DNA from: an uncultured delta proteobacterium
GTDB lineage: Bacteria; Desulfobacterota; Syntrophia; Syntrophales; Smithellaceae
Length of the DNA stretch: 64,000 bases
Assembly (NCBI GenBank): GCA_963753975.1
Contig: CAVWEH010000001.1
Span: forward strand, 320,001 to 384,000
Direction: 5' to 3'
Positions 1-9,236 of the stretch are shown here, piece after piece. A program made the translations under genes and the position numbers. The notes under the pieces are model-generated. The model saw only the letters and a program-made list of their open reading frames with translations, did not search any database and was not told the origin of the DNA. Position 1 is the first letter of the stretch. The number at the start of each line of letters is the position of its first letter.

Positions 1-1
1 G

Positions 2-310
2 GGGAATACAATAAAAACTTCTTACAACGGTATATCAATCAATGTTCCAGAGCCAGCGGCTTATGTTTTACACAAATTCATCTTGAGCGAAAGGCGCAAG
101 AATCAGTTTAAGAGGGATAAGGATACTGAAACAGCAAGACAACTAGGAGAGTATCTATTGGGGCTTGAGGCTCAAAGGCGGAAAATGCAGAACATTTATA
201 TGAGCATGCCGGGAAAGTGGAAGAAAAATCTGATGAGAATTATAAAAGACGTTTCAGATAAGACGTACGCTTTTGTGCAGTCCATGGAGGCCGTTAATGA
301 TGACGGATAA
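2..310 (+). CDS. C-terminal part of a probable GSU2403-like nucleotidyltransferase-fold protein (5' truncated by window edge)
   Basis: Frame is open from base 2: ...ISINVPEPAAYVLHKFILSERRKNQFKRDKD...; this resembles the VP.PA.(Y/F).LHK...S.RR...K..KD signature as I recall it. Confidence 0.55.
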   Translation, partial: GNTIKTSYNGISINVPEPAAYVLHKFILSERRKNQFKRDKDTETARQLGEYLLGLEAQRRKMQNIYMSMPGKWKKNLMRIIKDVSDKTYAFVQSMEAVNDDG

Positions 311-600
311 GGACGTCAATTATGTTCAAGGGGGTAATCGGGGACGATTCTATTGAAGGGACGCGCATTTCGTGAAGCGTGAAACGGGCAGCGGGATTCG
401 CCAGTCTGCAATACAAATTTATACCTTGTCTTTTTTCAATTCATCCTTTTATTATAACTACAATTAAGAAATGGGATGGTTTCATTATCCCACGTCGTCG
501 TAGATGCCCTTCAGGGTGCTTCGCTTCTGGGATTAATTCGACTTTGAAATTTTTCTGTACTTCGTTTGAAAAATTTTAGTCTCATTGAAAGGAGGTTACC

Positions 601-1266
601 ATGGAATTAGCTGCTGCAATCAAGGGAAGAAGGAGTATTCGCAAATTCAAATCGCAGGATGTACCTAAAAGTGTAATTACGGAAATTCTGGAAGAGGCGC
701 GCTGGTCGCCATCGTGGGGAAATACCCAGCCCTGGGATTTGTATGTATTAAAGGGTAAAACACTGGCTAAGTTTAAAGAAATGAATCTCAAACAAACGCT
801 GGCGGGTGCTGCTATTGCCCCCGATGTGCCGATGCTCGAAAAATGGCCGGACGCCATGAAAGCCAGATATGGAGAGCTGGGCAAGGTTATTTTAAGCGTG
901 CAGGGCATAAAAAGAGAAGATAAGAACGCACGTGATAAGTATTATCAGAATATGGTTTCGATGTTTGATGCCCCTTGTCTGATTCTGGCCTGTATTTCCC
1001 GGGATAATCTAGTCGAATACCAGATGCTGGATATCGGCCTCATCGCGCAAACGATCTGCCTCGCTGCTTACGGCAAAGGCCTGGGAACGTGTCTCTTAGC
1101 CGCAGCCGCACGTTTCTCCGCCGAAATCAGAAAGATAGCGGCAATTCCCGCCGATAAAAAAATTGTTGTGGGTATCGCTCTGGGCTATCCGGATCCGTCA
1201 TTTCCTCTCAACAATTTTGCGCGGGAGAGAGCAAAGCTGGATGAGTTCGTCCATTGGATGGAATAA
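601..1266 (+). CDS. Nitroreductase family protein
   Basis: RRSIRKF, SPSWGNTQPW, GLGTC and GIALGYP motifs; AAGGAGG RBS. Confidence 0.93.
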   Translation: MELAAAIKGRRSIRKFKSQDVPKSVITEILEEARWSPSWGNTQPWDLYVLKGKTLAKFKEMNLKQTLAGAAIAPDVPMLEKWPDAMKARYGELGKVILSVQGIKREDKNARDKYYQNMVSMFDAPCLILACISRDNLVEYQMLDIGLIAQTICLAAYGKGLGTCLLAAAARFSAEIRKIAAIPADKKIVVGIALGYPDPSFPLNNFARERAKLDEFVHWME

Positions 1267-1303
1267 ACAACAATTTATTGTAACGTGATCAGGAGAGATT
1301 ATC

Positions 1304-1804
1304 ATGAAAAATTTAAATTATATGAGCATTGCTGAAGATGCCATAAGCAAAATCAAAAAAGGAGCTTTCTTAACGGTTAAGGCCGCGGACGCGCTTAACA
1401 CCATGACCATCGGCTGGGCCACTTTCGGATTCATCTGGCAGAAGCCGATCATGATGGTGGCAGTACGCTATACCCGTCACACCTTTAGTATTATAGAAAA
1501 AGCTTTAGACTTTACAGTTACAATACCTTCCGGTGATATGGGGAAGGCAATCGCTTTTTGCGGATCGAAATCGGGCAAGGATGTGGATAAATTCAAAATG
1601 TGCGATCTGGAAACAGCAAAAAGCCAGCATACCGTATCGCCGATCATCAAGGTGCCGGGGATTCATTATGAATGCAAAATAGTTTACAAATCCGCCATGA
1701 ATCCGGTTCATCTGGATAAAAATTATGATAAGGCCATGTATCCGCAAAAAGATTATCACACCCATTATTTTGGCGAGATACTGGCCTGTTACGAAACCCA
1801 ATAA
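1304..1804 (+). CDS. Flavin reductase-like (flavoredoxin) protein
   Basis: NTMTIGWAT, VAVRYTRHT, FCGSKSGKDVDKF, HTHYFGEI; AGGAG RBS. Confidence 0.9.
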   Translation: MKNLNYMSIAEDAISKIKKGAFLTVKAADALNTMTIGWATFGFIWQKPIMMVAVRYTRHTFSIIEKALDFTVTIPSGDMGKAIAFCGSKSGKDVDKFKMCDLETAKSQHTVSPIIKVPGIHYECKIVYKSAMNPVHLDKNYDKAMYPQKDYHTHYFGEILACYETQ

Positions 1805-2026
1805 TGGGGCTATTATCCCTAGGCTTCTGAATATATTGTTAAGCTTTCGGCTTTTTCGGGCAGGGAATATGATTAAACATGTGGCGTCTCCTTATCGGGA
1901 ATGCGCCTCCGGTAAACAGCCCGCAAAGGTGTAAAATTGCCACGGCTCCTGAGAGTCGCCTCACAACGACAATTAAGATGCAAGACGTTTGTCGATAATT
2001 TTATTTAAATAGGGAGTGACACTTCT

Positions 2027-2594
2027 ATGAATTCAAAATTGGCGATAGGGGATAAAGCTCCCGATTTCAAATTTAAGACGCCCTGGGGTGGTGAGTTAAA
2101 TTTTTATGATGCTGCCGGCAATAATCCGGCTGTTTTGATCTTTCTGCGCTATTACGGATGCCCGGTCTGTCAAATGGAAATGGCAAAAATAAAACAGGAA
2201 ATCGATCTGGTCAGGCAAAAAGGTGGGCGCGTATTTGTGGTTCTGCAAAGCGCGTCGGAAACGATTGCTTCTTTGAGAATAACGTTCAGTAGGGTGGACG
2301 GATTCTCGAAAAGAGACGATTTCCCCTTCAAGATTATTTGTGACCCGCAAGGGAAAGTTTTCCAACTCTATGGTGTGGAAGCAGGCGGTATAATCAAATA
2401 TCTGCATCCCGCCGGTCTTGATTGCGGCAATCAAGGCTATCAGTCGCGGCTTTAAGCATGGTAAATTTGAAGGGAAAGAAACACAACTTCCTGCCGCATT
2501 TGCTCTTGATGCAAAGAAAGTTATTAAATACGTTCATTATGGGGAAAGCATCGGCGACATACCTTCGCTCACAAAAATACTGGCTGACATATAG
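2027..2594 (+). CDS. AhpC/TSA (peroxiredoxin-like, redoxin) protein; frameshifted near 2420 as sequenced
   Basis: GDKAPDF, FLRYYGCPVC. Removing one base near 2420 continues ...IAAIKAISRGFKHGKFEGKETQLPAAF...YVHYGESIGDIPSL to TAG at 2592-2594. Confidence 0.82.
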
Positions 2595-2721
2595 AAGATT
2601 CGGCAATATTCGGGGGTTGATGCAATTAAATTAATAGCAAGGGAAATCCCCTTCGATCCCTTTTTCACCCTAAAGAGTACGCGAAAAAAGGGGAAGTAAA
2701 AGGCTGCTCAAAATCCCCAGC

Positions 2722-2803
2722 GATCCGGCTTTTTACCCTGATAACCTTAATAACCTGAAGGTCACTATAGGGTCACATTAGGTCATCTGCGGCCGGAATG
2801 ACA
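2722..2803. repeat. Nested palindromic repeat: stacked TAACCT...GGTCA arms inside a GATCCGGC...GCCGGAATGAC hairpin
   Basis: taccct/taacct/taacct-gaa-ggtcac/gggtcac/aggtca; a related array at 3727-3803 and single modules at 27421 and 60346. Confidence 0.7.
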
Positions 2804-3044
2804 GTGGTAGATTTTAGATCGTAGCGGCGCATAAGGTGCGATTCGCAATGACAACCCGGGGCATATCACAATATTATTGAGGTTAATAAATATAATAGCC
2901 TGGTTAAGTGTTTAAAAAGATTCTCCAAGACGCCCGCCCGCAGAACAGCTTTTTAAAATCATCAGGGGTATTTTTTCCGAAAGGAAGGCCCAGCTTGTTT
3001 CTCTCCTTCCAATCAAAGCTTTTATTGATAAAAATATTCTATTC

Positions 3045-3060
3045 TGGAGCAAATATTGCA
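3045..3060 (+). promoter_or_regulatory. Putative sigma54 (-24/-12) promoter
   Basis: TGGAGC-AAATA-TTGCA has exact GG-N10-GC spacing, upstream of the lipoprotein gene. Confidence 0.5.
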
Positions 3061-3215
3061 TTATTTTTTACAAGGGAAGATGTAGCTGCCGTCAGCCCAG
3101 ATAATGATGGCACTTTCACAATTCTCGAGCTGATTGTTTATCTCGCCATCTATTTAATCTGACGTGACCGGGAGCTGACTAAAAAATGACGATTTTTAAA
3201 ACCAAGGAGTTAAAT

Positions 3216-3623
3216 ATGTTAAAAAAAATAACCTGCGGTGCTTGTCTATTTTTCGCCGTAAATATTATCGGTGGATGTAGTATTCTGCCATTCATTCCGG
3301 TTGTGGGGACGGTCTATGATGGCTACATTGGTTGGAAAGGACACCAGGCTACCAAATATTATGCTGAGGATGTAGGCACTATACACCGGGCGGTAATGAG
3401 GTCTTCCCAGCAGTTGCATTTAAAAATAGTCCGTAACTCTACAGACGCGAATAGACATTTTCTGGAGCTAAAATGCAAAGAGCCTTTGCAGATTGAAATT
3501 TTGCCATTTGAAAAAAAGGTTACCAAAGTTATGATCAAAATAAACCTGGGCGGTGATAAGCAGTTCGCCGATTTTTTTTATCATAGGATTGACGCCAATT
3601 TAGCTAAAAGCCGGCGGGCATGA
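3216..3623 (+). CDS. Putative lipoprotein (DUF3568-like)
   Basis: AAGGAG RBS before ATG 3216; signal peptide ending IIGGC; C-terminal KVTKVMIKINLGGDKQFA resembles DUF3568. Confidence 0.6.
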   Translation: MLKKITCGACLFFAVNIIGGCSILPFIPVVGTVYDGYIGWKGHQATKYYAEDVGTIHRAVMRSSQQLHLKIVRNSTDANRHFLELKCKEPLQIEILPFEKKVTKVMIKINLGGDKQFADFFYHRIDANLAKSRRA

Positions 3624-3726
3624 GAAAAGTATGACTAATCGCGGTACAATCTTTATCTTTGACAATTGGCGATATTAAACGTGTATCGTGTCTCGTGAAG
3701 CGTTGGGTGTGTCGGGCTAAAAGTAT

Positions 3727-3803
3727 TTAACCTAATAAACTAAATAACCTAAAGGTCACTATAGGGTCACTATAGGGTCACGCGAGGCCATCTGCGACCG
3801 GAT
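3727..3803. repeat. Nested palindromic repeat (second TAACCT/GGTCAC stacked array)
   Basis: taacct-aa-taaact-aaa-taacct-aaa-ggtcactata-gggtcactata-gggtcac...catctgcgaccggat; parallels 2722-2803. Confidence 0.7.
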
Positions 3804-3881
3804 TTCCTTTTCGGATAAGGTGTCACTAATCTCGCTAAAAAACGTTAATTATCTACGTTTTCCATCCAGATTAACGATTTA

Positions 3882-3910
3882 TTGACAAATTACCGTTAAT
3901 TTACTATAAT
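3882..3910 (+). promoter_or_regulatory. Consensus sigma70 promoter of the fic gene, with a palindrome in the spacer
   Basis: TTGACA-17 bp-TATAAT; AAATTA-ccgt-TAATTT in the spacer; ATG lies 7 nt after the -10 box. Confidence 0.85.
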
Positions 3911-3917
3911 CCTACCT

Positions 3918-4799
3918 ATGGCAACGACACATTCTGTAAAAAATCAGATTCAAGTCTTAAAAGTTCAATATGACCAGCTTTGTAAAGGGAAAGAGTCATT
4001 ACTGAAGTTGATTGATGAATCCGAACTTCCGGAAAGCGTCTTCAATTCCAATGCTATCGAAAATTCTACACTGACGCTTAAAGAGACGGAGCGCATTTTG
4101 CTGGAGATGAAAATTTCCCGCAATGTTTCGGTGCGGGAAGTTTTTGAAGCGAAAAATCTGGCGCAGGTGATGGGATACATAAAAACTAAAGTAATCGACA
4201 CTGAACTTTCAAATGAACTGATCCTGCTTTTACACAAAATGCTCATGGGGAATATTAAAGACGCTGTCGCGGGGCGTTTCCGCATCAAAGGCGAGTATGT
4301 CCGCGTCGGCACACACATCGCTCCGGCGCCGGAGCATGTGGAAAGAATGATGGAGGCAATTCTGCTGGAATTTTCTTCTGACCATGTTAATTACTTTGCC
4401 GACAAAATCGCTAAGTTTCATCTTGATTTCGAAACTGTTCATCCATTTTGCGACGGTAACGGTAGAATAGGACGCGTGATTATCAGTTATCAGCTCGCGC
4501 GCCTTGGTTTTCCCAATATTATCATTCGCGATAAAGAGAAACTGCTGTACTACAAAGCGTTCGGTGAATATAAAAACTCAAAAAATACAAAGATAATGGA
4601 AAAAATTATCACTCTGGCTTTAACGGAATCGCTGCATAAAAGAATTGCTTACTTGCAAGGCGATACTATAATTCCAGTGGCGGATTTTGCCAAAACAAAT
4701 AATAAATCGATTCATGCGTTACTTAACGCCGCGCGCAGACAAACCGTTCCCGCTTTTCGGGAAAAAGGAGTTTGGAAATTCGGCAATTACAAAGAGTGA
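3918..4799 (+). CDS. Fic family protein (class II) with C-terminal HTH-like extension
   Basis: Canonical HPFCDGNGRIGR motif; N-terminal inhibitory-type SNAIEN motif; tail VADFAKTNNKSIHALLNAARRQTVPAFREKGVWKF. Confidence 0.92.
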   Translation: MATTHSVKNQIQVLKVQYDQLCKGKESLLKLIDESELPESVFNSNAIENSTLTLKETERILLEMKISRNVSVREVFEAKNLAQVMGYIKTKVIDTELSNELILLLHKMLMGNIKDAVAGRFRIKGEYVRVGTHIAPAPEHVERMMEAILLEFSSDHVNYFADKIAKFHLDFETVHPFCDGNGRIGRVIISYQLARLGFPNIIIRDKEKLLYYKAFGEYKNSKNTKIMEKIITLALTESLHKRIAYLQGDTIIPVADFAKTNNKSIHALLNAARRQTVPAFREKGVWKFGNYKE

Positions 4800-4831
4800 A
4801 ACGCAAATCGTGAAGCGTCATTCGAAGCGGT

Positions 4832-6175
4832 CTAGTATCCGGTCTTGAAATATTTTTCGGCGATTCCCTGGGCGGCGATGATTCCGGAAATTCCTGCTCC
4901 CACAATTCCGCGGCTTTTGCCGGTGCCGTCACCAGCTACAAAAATACCTTTTACATTTGTTTCCAAATTCCGGTTTGCAGGGAAATGAGTGTCAAAGAAT
5001 TTTATTTCCGGCGCATATATTAACGTTGACGGGTGCAAAATACCGGGCACTATTTTATCCAGCTTCTGGAGCGATTCCCAAAGATTATCCATGATACGAG
5101 CGGGCATACCCAGCGCTATATCCCCCGGTACGGCGTTATATGTTGCCCTGCACACTTCAAAATGGCGGATAGCGCTGTCAAAAGTCGCTGCAGAGCTTCT
5201 TCTTCCTTCCCGGAAATCACCAATCCTTTGTACAATCGGTTTGCCTCCGCCTAAAAGAAAAAATTGCCGGGCGATCATTTGACCGAACTCGGTTGTGTCG
5301 GAAAACGGCTTGGTCAACGCGACAGTATTGATTAGCGCAAAATTTGTATTTTCCGTTTTCTTGCCGGAAAGGGCATCCCCATTGACCAGCTTGAAATCGA
5401 AATAATTTTCCACTCGCACCCGGCCGCCCGGGTTCGTGCAGAACGTTCTGACCTTATCTCCGTGGCGCGAGGTCGTGAAAATAAATTTAGGATCATAAAC
5501 AATATCCGTCATCGGATCGTAAAATTTTCGGTTCAATTCAATCCGGATTCCCACATCGATGGGTCCGAAATTATGTTGGATGTGCAACTCTTCCGCGATA
5601 TCCCGAAACCAGTAAGCGCCGCTGCGTCCCGGGGCAGCCAGTATGAATCCGGCGTTATAACTGATTCGTTTTTTATTGCGGTTGCAGATAAGACGAAAGC
5701 CGCCGCCGTCGAGTTTTTCAATTGAGGATACTTCTGTTTCCAGGAAGAATTCTGTTTTTTTAAGGTAGCCTCTTAAATAATTTACGACGGCTTTTCCGTT
5801 GTCGGTTCCCCAATGCCACTGCTCCGGCGCAATAAATTGAGCGCCGTGCTCGCCGGCGATATTCTTTATAACTTTGATTTTTTCATTTTTGTCAATGAAT
5901 GTTACCTGCTTACAGCGGGGAAATCCGACGAATATTTTTTTAATCTCGCTCATCAATTGCCGGGCTTTATCTTCATCGATTTGCAGTTCATTCAAATCGA
6001 GACCGACGCGGCAGTCGAAGTTAAGTTTGCCGTCGTTTAACAAGCCGCCGGCCGGATATGAGTGTCTATCGATAATGGCGATTTTGTCTATTCCCAAACG
6101 CGTAAGCCAAATCGCCGCGAAAAGTCCGGCTGGTCCGGATCCGATAATTATTACATTATAAGTTTTCATTTTCAT
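4832..6175 (-). CDS. FAD-dependent oxidoreductase (uncharacterised FAD-dependent dehydrogenase family)
   Basis: IIGSGPAG Rossmann motif, NDGKLN, VRTFCTNPGG, APEIKF, FVAGDGTGKSRGIVGA. Confidence 0.88.
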   Translation of the reverse strand: MKMKTYNVIIIGSGPAGLFAAIWLTRLGIDKIAIIDRHSYPAGGLLNDGKLNFDCRVGLDLNELQIDEDKARQLMSEIKKIFVGFPRCKQVTFIDKNEKIKVIKNIAGEHGAQFIAPEQWHWGTDNGKAVVNYLRGYLKKTEFFLETEVSSIEKLDGGGFRLICNRNKKRISYNAGFILAAPGRSGAYWFRDIAEELHIQHNFGPIDVGIRIELNRKFYDPMTDIVYDPKFIFTTSRHGDKVRTFCTNPGGRVRVENYFDFKLVNGDALSGKKTENTNFALINTVALTKPFSDTTEFGQMIARQFFLLGGGKPIVQRIGDFREGRRSSAATFDSAIRHFEVCRATYNAVPGDIALGMPARIMDNLWESLQKLDKIVPGILHPSTLIYAPEIKFFDTHFPANRNLETNVKGIFVAGDGTGKSRGIVGAGISGIIAAQGIAEKYFKTGY

Positions 6176-6190
6176 AAATTAATCGCATTT

Positions 6191-6330
6191 AATCGGGGAC
6201 GATTGCACCGGCTCAATAATTGAAGGTCTCCGCGTCAAGCCGCGGAGAATCTTCGATTCTTAAGAAACAATATTATTCGGTATTCGCTCGCTACCGAATT
6301 CGGTACCTCTTCGAAGCTTAGCAAATGGCG
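6191..6330. repeat. REP/MITE-like palindromic intergenic element
   Basis: TCTCCGCG-tcaagc-CGCGGAGA and TTCGGTA...TACCGAA hairpins; AATCGGGGACGATT is also present at about 337. Confidence 0.5.
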
Positions 6331-6579
6331 TTTCATAATTCAAGCCTCCATGCCGGAGAAGATGATTATATTCAAATAAAAAGTTGTCAGAGGGTCGTCT
6401 GCGTCCGCCCGGCGAATGCTGGGTATTCCGGGGCCCGTATCTCGTGAAGCACAAAATACCAGGGGCCGGCTCTATTTAATTTTCTTGCCAGTTACGGTTT
6501 TCCAGCCGGTTAGCTTTACAATATCGCCGCTTATCTTCGAAAGTGTTCCATAATCGGATAATTTGCGGCCATTATGTAA

Positions 6580-6608
6580 TTGACATGCAGGGTCGTTTTC
6601 TCTATAGT
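6580..6608 (+). promoter_or_regulatory. sigma70 promoter of the MATE gene
   Basis: TTGACA-17 bp-TATAGT. Confidence 0.65.
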
Positions 6609-6734
6609 TCGTTGCCGGAATAAGATCTAGCCGAAATAAAATGTGGACATTTTGAACGAAGAGACAAATATTAACAAAATCCTATCATTGATATTTCTCA
6701 TCGCCAATGCTCCCGGAAATAACAAAAGGTACAC

Positions 6735-8111
6735 GTGCAAGATTTCACCGAAGGCAATATCGGCAGACAGGTTGTTAATTTCAGCACACCGCTAATGTTA
6801 GGCAATCTGCTCTTGTCCGTTTACGGTATCATCAACATGATCTGGGTAGGCCGGCTTCTGGGCCACACAGCCGTGGCTGCAATCTCCGCCAGCCTGCCGA
6901 TCATCATGCTGATGCCGGCATTTCTCATCGGCCTGGCCATGGCCACTAATGTCCTTATCGCCCAGGCTTTCGGCCGCAAGGATACGGCACTCCTCAGAAA
7001 AATCCTGGCGAATTCCTTTTTCGCCTCTATCCTGTTCTGTCTCGTTATCTCCATCATCGCGCTGGTGCTGCGCCGCCAGTTACTCGAATGGGTACATGCG
7101 CCGCAGGAAATTCAGGACATGGCGCTTTCTTATCTGACGATTATGATGGCCGCGCTGGTATTTCAGTTCTTTGTCTACTGGATGACGGCCATGCTGCGCG
7201 GCCTGGGTGACGCCAGAACGGTGGTGAAAATCCTAATCCTGCTCACGGTGTTTAATATTGTTCTTGTGCCGCTCTTCATTCGCGGCATCGGCCCTCTGCC
7301 TCCTCTCGGCGTGGCCGGTGCGGCATGCGGAACGGCGCTGGCTTCCATGCTGACCTGTATCATCGGCTATATCTATCTTGTGCGGCATAATCCTTACATT
7401 AATATGCACAGCTGGGACTATAGTCTGGATTGGCACATCATCCGGGAAGTTTTTGAAATCGGTGTGCCCGCCTCGATGCAGATGCTTGTGGTCTCATTGG
7501 CCGGGGTATTCATTATCTCGCTCGTCAACAGTTACGGTACGGATGTTACCGCGGCCTTCGGCATCGGCATGCAGATCGACCTTTTGGCATCCATTCCGGC
7601 CATGTCCATCGGGATGGCGGCAACCTCCATTGCCGGTCAGAATCTGGGAGCGCAGAAGATGGATCGCGTCTTTCAGACTTTGCGCATGTCGGTGTTTTTC
7701 GGGCTGGCCATTGCCCTTACCTGCACCGCGGTACTGGCGATTTTTCCTGATTACATAGGCGCCATTTTCCTCAAGCAGTCAGCCGAACATGCAAATGTGC
7801 TGAATCTTGTGGCCGAATATTATCATTGGATGGCGTTTATTTTTCCCTGCTTTGCCGTCATATTCGTCATCCAGGGCGTCCTGCGCAGCGCAGGCGACAC
7901 GATGGCCTTGCTGGTTCTCTCGTTTGTCGCTCTGATCATCATCCGCATTCCTCTTGCCTACGTGCTCGCCGGCCCCTTTGGGTTCAAACAGGAGGGCATC
8001 TGGATGGCAATGCTTTTCAGCAGCACTCTGGCCGTAGGGCTAAACTGGCTCTACTACAGGGGTGGCCGGTGGAAGAAAAAGCGGATATTGGAAAAGCAAA
8101 AACCGTTGTGA
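6735..8111 (+). CDS. MATE family efflux transporter
   Basis: DFTEGNIGRQ start, LRGLGDAR, LGVAGAACGT, GQNLGAQK, LRSAGDT; about 12 hydrophobic segments. Confidence 0.93.
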   Translation: MQDFTEGNIGRQVVNFSTPLMLGNLLLSVYGIINMIWVGRLLGHTAVAAISASLPIIMLMPAFLIGLAMATNVLIAQAFGRKDTALLRKILANSFFASILFCLVISIIALVLRRQLLEWVHAPQEIQDMALSYLTIMMAALVFQFFVYWMTAMLRGLGDARTVVKILILLTVFNIVLVPLFIRGIGPLPPLGVAGAACGTALASMLTCIIGYIYLVRHNPYINMHSWDYSLDWHIIREVFEIGVPASMQMLVVSLAGVFIISLVNSYGTDVTAAFGIGMQIDLLASIPAMSIGMAATSIAGQNLGAQKMDRVFQTLRMSVFFGLAIALTCTAVLAIFPDYIGAIFLKQSAEHANVLNLVAEYYHWMAFIFPCFAVIFVIQGVLRSAGDTMALLVLSFVALIIIRIPLAYVLAGPFGFKQEGIWMAMLFSSTLAVGLNWLYYRGGRWKKKRILEKQKPL

Positions 8112-8224
8112 AAATCCAATTCTAATGAAACTCAGATATTATCCCGTTCCGGGATGTCGCGTCTTGGAAAATAGCCTTCGGCTCCTTCCGGAGGTGCTCC
8201 ACAAGCGCAGTGCAGTAATATCTG

Positions 8225-8332
8225 CAAGTTGTAATGAGACCCAAGTTTCAGCGCATCACATTTCTGAAACTTGTTGGTCGAATTATACCGCATAACTGCG
8301 GCAAATTATCCCACGTGCGAAGCTAAGTGGGG
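8225..8332. repeat. Modular palindromic repeat carrying the 49-nt GACC...GGTC hairpin module
   Basis: caagttg[taatgagacccaagtttcag...ctgaaacttgttggtcg]aattat matches 27451-27512; 8305-8332 matches the reverse complement of about 9165-9193. Confidence 0.75.
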
Positions 8333-8444
8333 CTCTGCGGAATCTGTTTCCACAGCTTACTTTGGGGTTTATACCTGTGATCCAGTCATCCAGTTCTTGA
8401 CAATAACCGGCTATTGGCTGTACTTTATATCCAAGGGAGGCAAT

Positions 8445-8879
8445 ATGCCGGAAGACCAGGTATCCCGCTATGAAATCAACCGGAACGTGAGGATAGTCCT
8501 CACGCGCCATGATGCGGATCTGACCAGGATTGACTACTCCTGCATGGGCGGTACGGTTTATCTCTATGGCGATCTCGTCCGGCTGGACAAGGACTTTTCC
8601 GTTAAGGAGATCGATTTCATTGTCAGGGAAATTGCCGCCCTGCCCAACGTGCGTGATATCCAATTCGACCTCAATAACTGGTTAGTGGTGTCTTCGGGAG
8701 ATTCCTGGCAGATAACGAAACCAAAAGAATCCGCACTTGCGCGCGCGGCCCGCCAGGCAGGCTCTTTGGAAGATTCCACCGTCGTTATCGATAAGGAAGA
8801 AAAGATAGCGGATGTTCTGGATGATCTTGAGCCGGACTCAAAAAAAGAAGAAGATGACGAACAGACCAATCTCAAATAA
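8445..8879 (+). CDS. Hypothetical protein, possible BON-like alpha/beta domain, acidic tail
   Basis: AAGGGAGG RBS before ATG 8445 (the upstream extension in the ORF track is repeat DNA); GGTVYLYGDL...IAALPNVRDI pattern. Confidence 0.65.
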   Translation: MPEDQVSRYEINRNVRIVLTRHDADLTRIDYSCMGGTVYLYGDLVRLDKDFSVKEIDFIVREIAALPNVRDIQFDLNNWLVVSSGDSWQITKPKESALARAARQAGSLEDSTVVIDKEEKIADVLDDLEPDSKKEEDDEQTNLK

Positions 8880-9011
8880 AACCATCTCATGGGTCTTGCC
8901 CGCTTGCGCGGGTTCACTGCCGGAATGACAAAGGGGATAAGACTTTCCGGTATGCAATTTTTTTCTTAAGCCGCTTTTGGGGACATATCAACAGCTTCTC
9001 GTAATACGCAT

Positions 9012-9040
9012 TTGACACGCCCGTGAGGAAATTGTAAAAT
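9012..9040 (+). promoter_or_regulatory. sigma70 promoter of the second nitroreductase
   Basis: TTGACA-17 bp-TAAAAT with TG just upstream of the -10 box. Confidence 0.6.
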
Positions 9041-9045
9041 TCGTA

Positions 9046-9236
9046 TGTCCCTGCCAACTACGTTAGCGGGAAAGAATAAGCTGTGCTCACTACCCCGCTA
9101 CGCTTCGGGGATAGTTTCCAATAGCCTTTAGTTGTTGGATAATTCGACTAACAAAAGAGTTTCTGTCCCACATGGCTTCGCATGCGGGATAGTTCCACTA
9201 ACGCTTCGAGCTGCACTTCGCTTGCTCTTAGCGGGT
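9046..9236. repeat. Cluster of REP-like hairpins
   Basis: CCCCG-ctacgctt-CGGGG, TCCCAcatg-gcttcg-catgCGGGA and GGATAATTCGAC motifs shared with about 485-542, 8305 and 27505. Confidence 0.55.

Noticed and set aside
3061..3215. Riboswitch in the leader of the lipoprotein gene (also checked leaders at 6610-6734 and 31261-31440)
   Set aside because: I could not match c-di-GMP, c-di-AMP, fluoride or other riboswitch consensus motifs by eye; an Rfam scan would settle it.
2740..3800. Short repeats as a CRISPR array
   Set aside because: Units are 9-11 nt nested arms with no unique spacers, and there are no cas genes.
369..6452. Recurring TCGTGAAGC motif at about 370, 3693, 4808 and 6442
   Set aside because: Too short and with no consistent position relative to promoters; probably remnants of another dispersed repeat.
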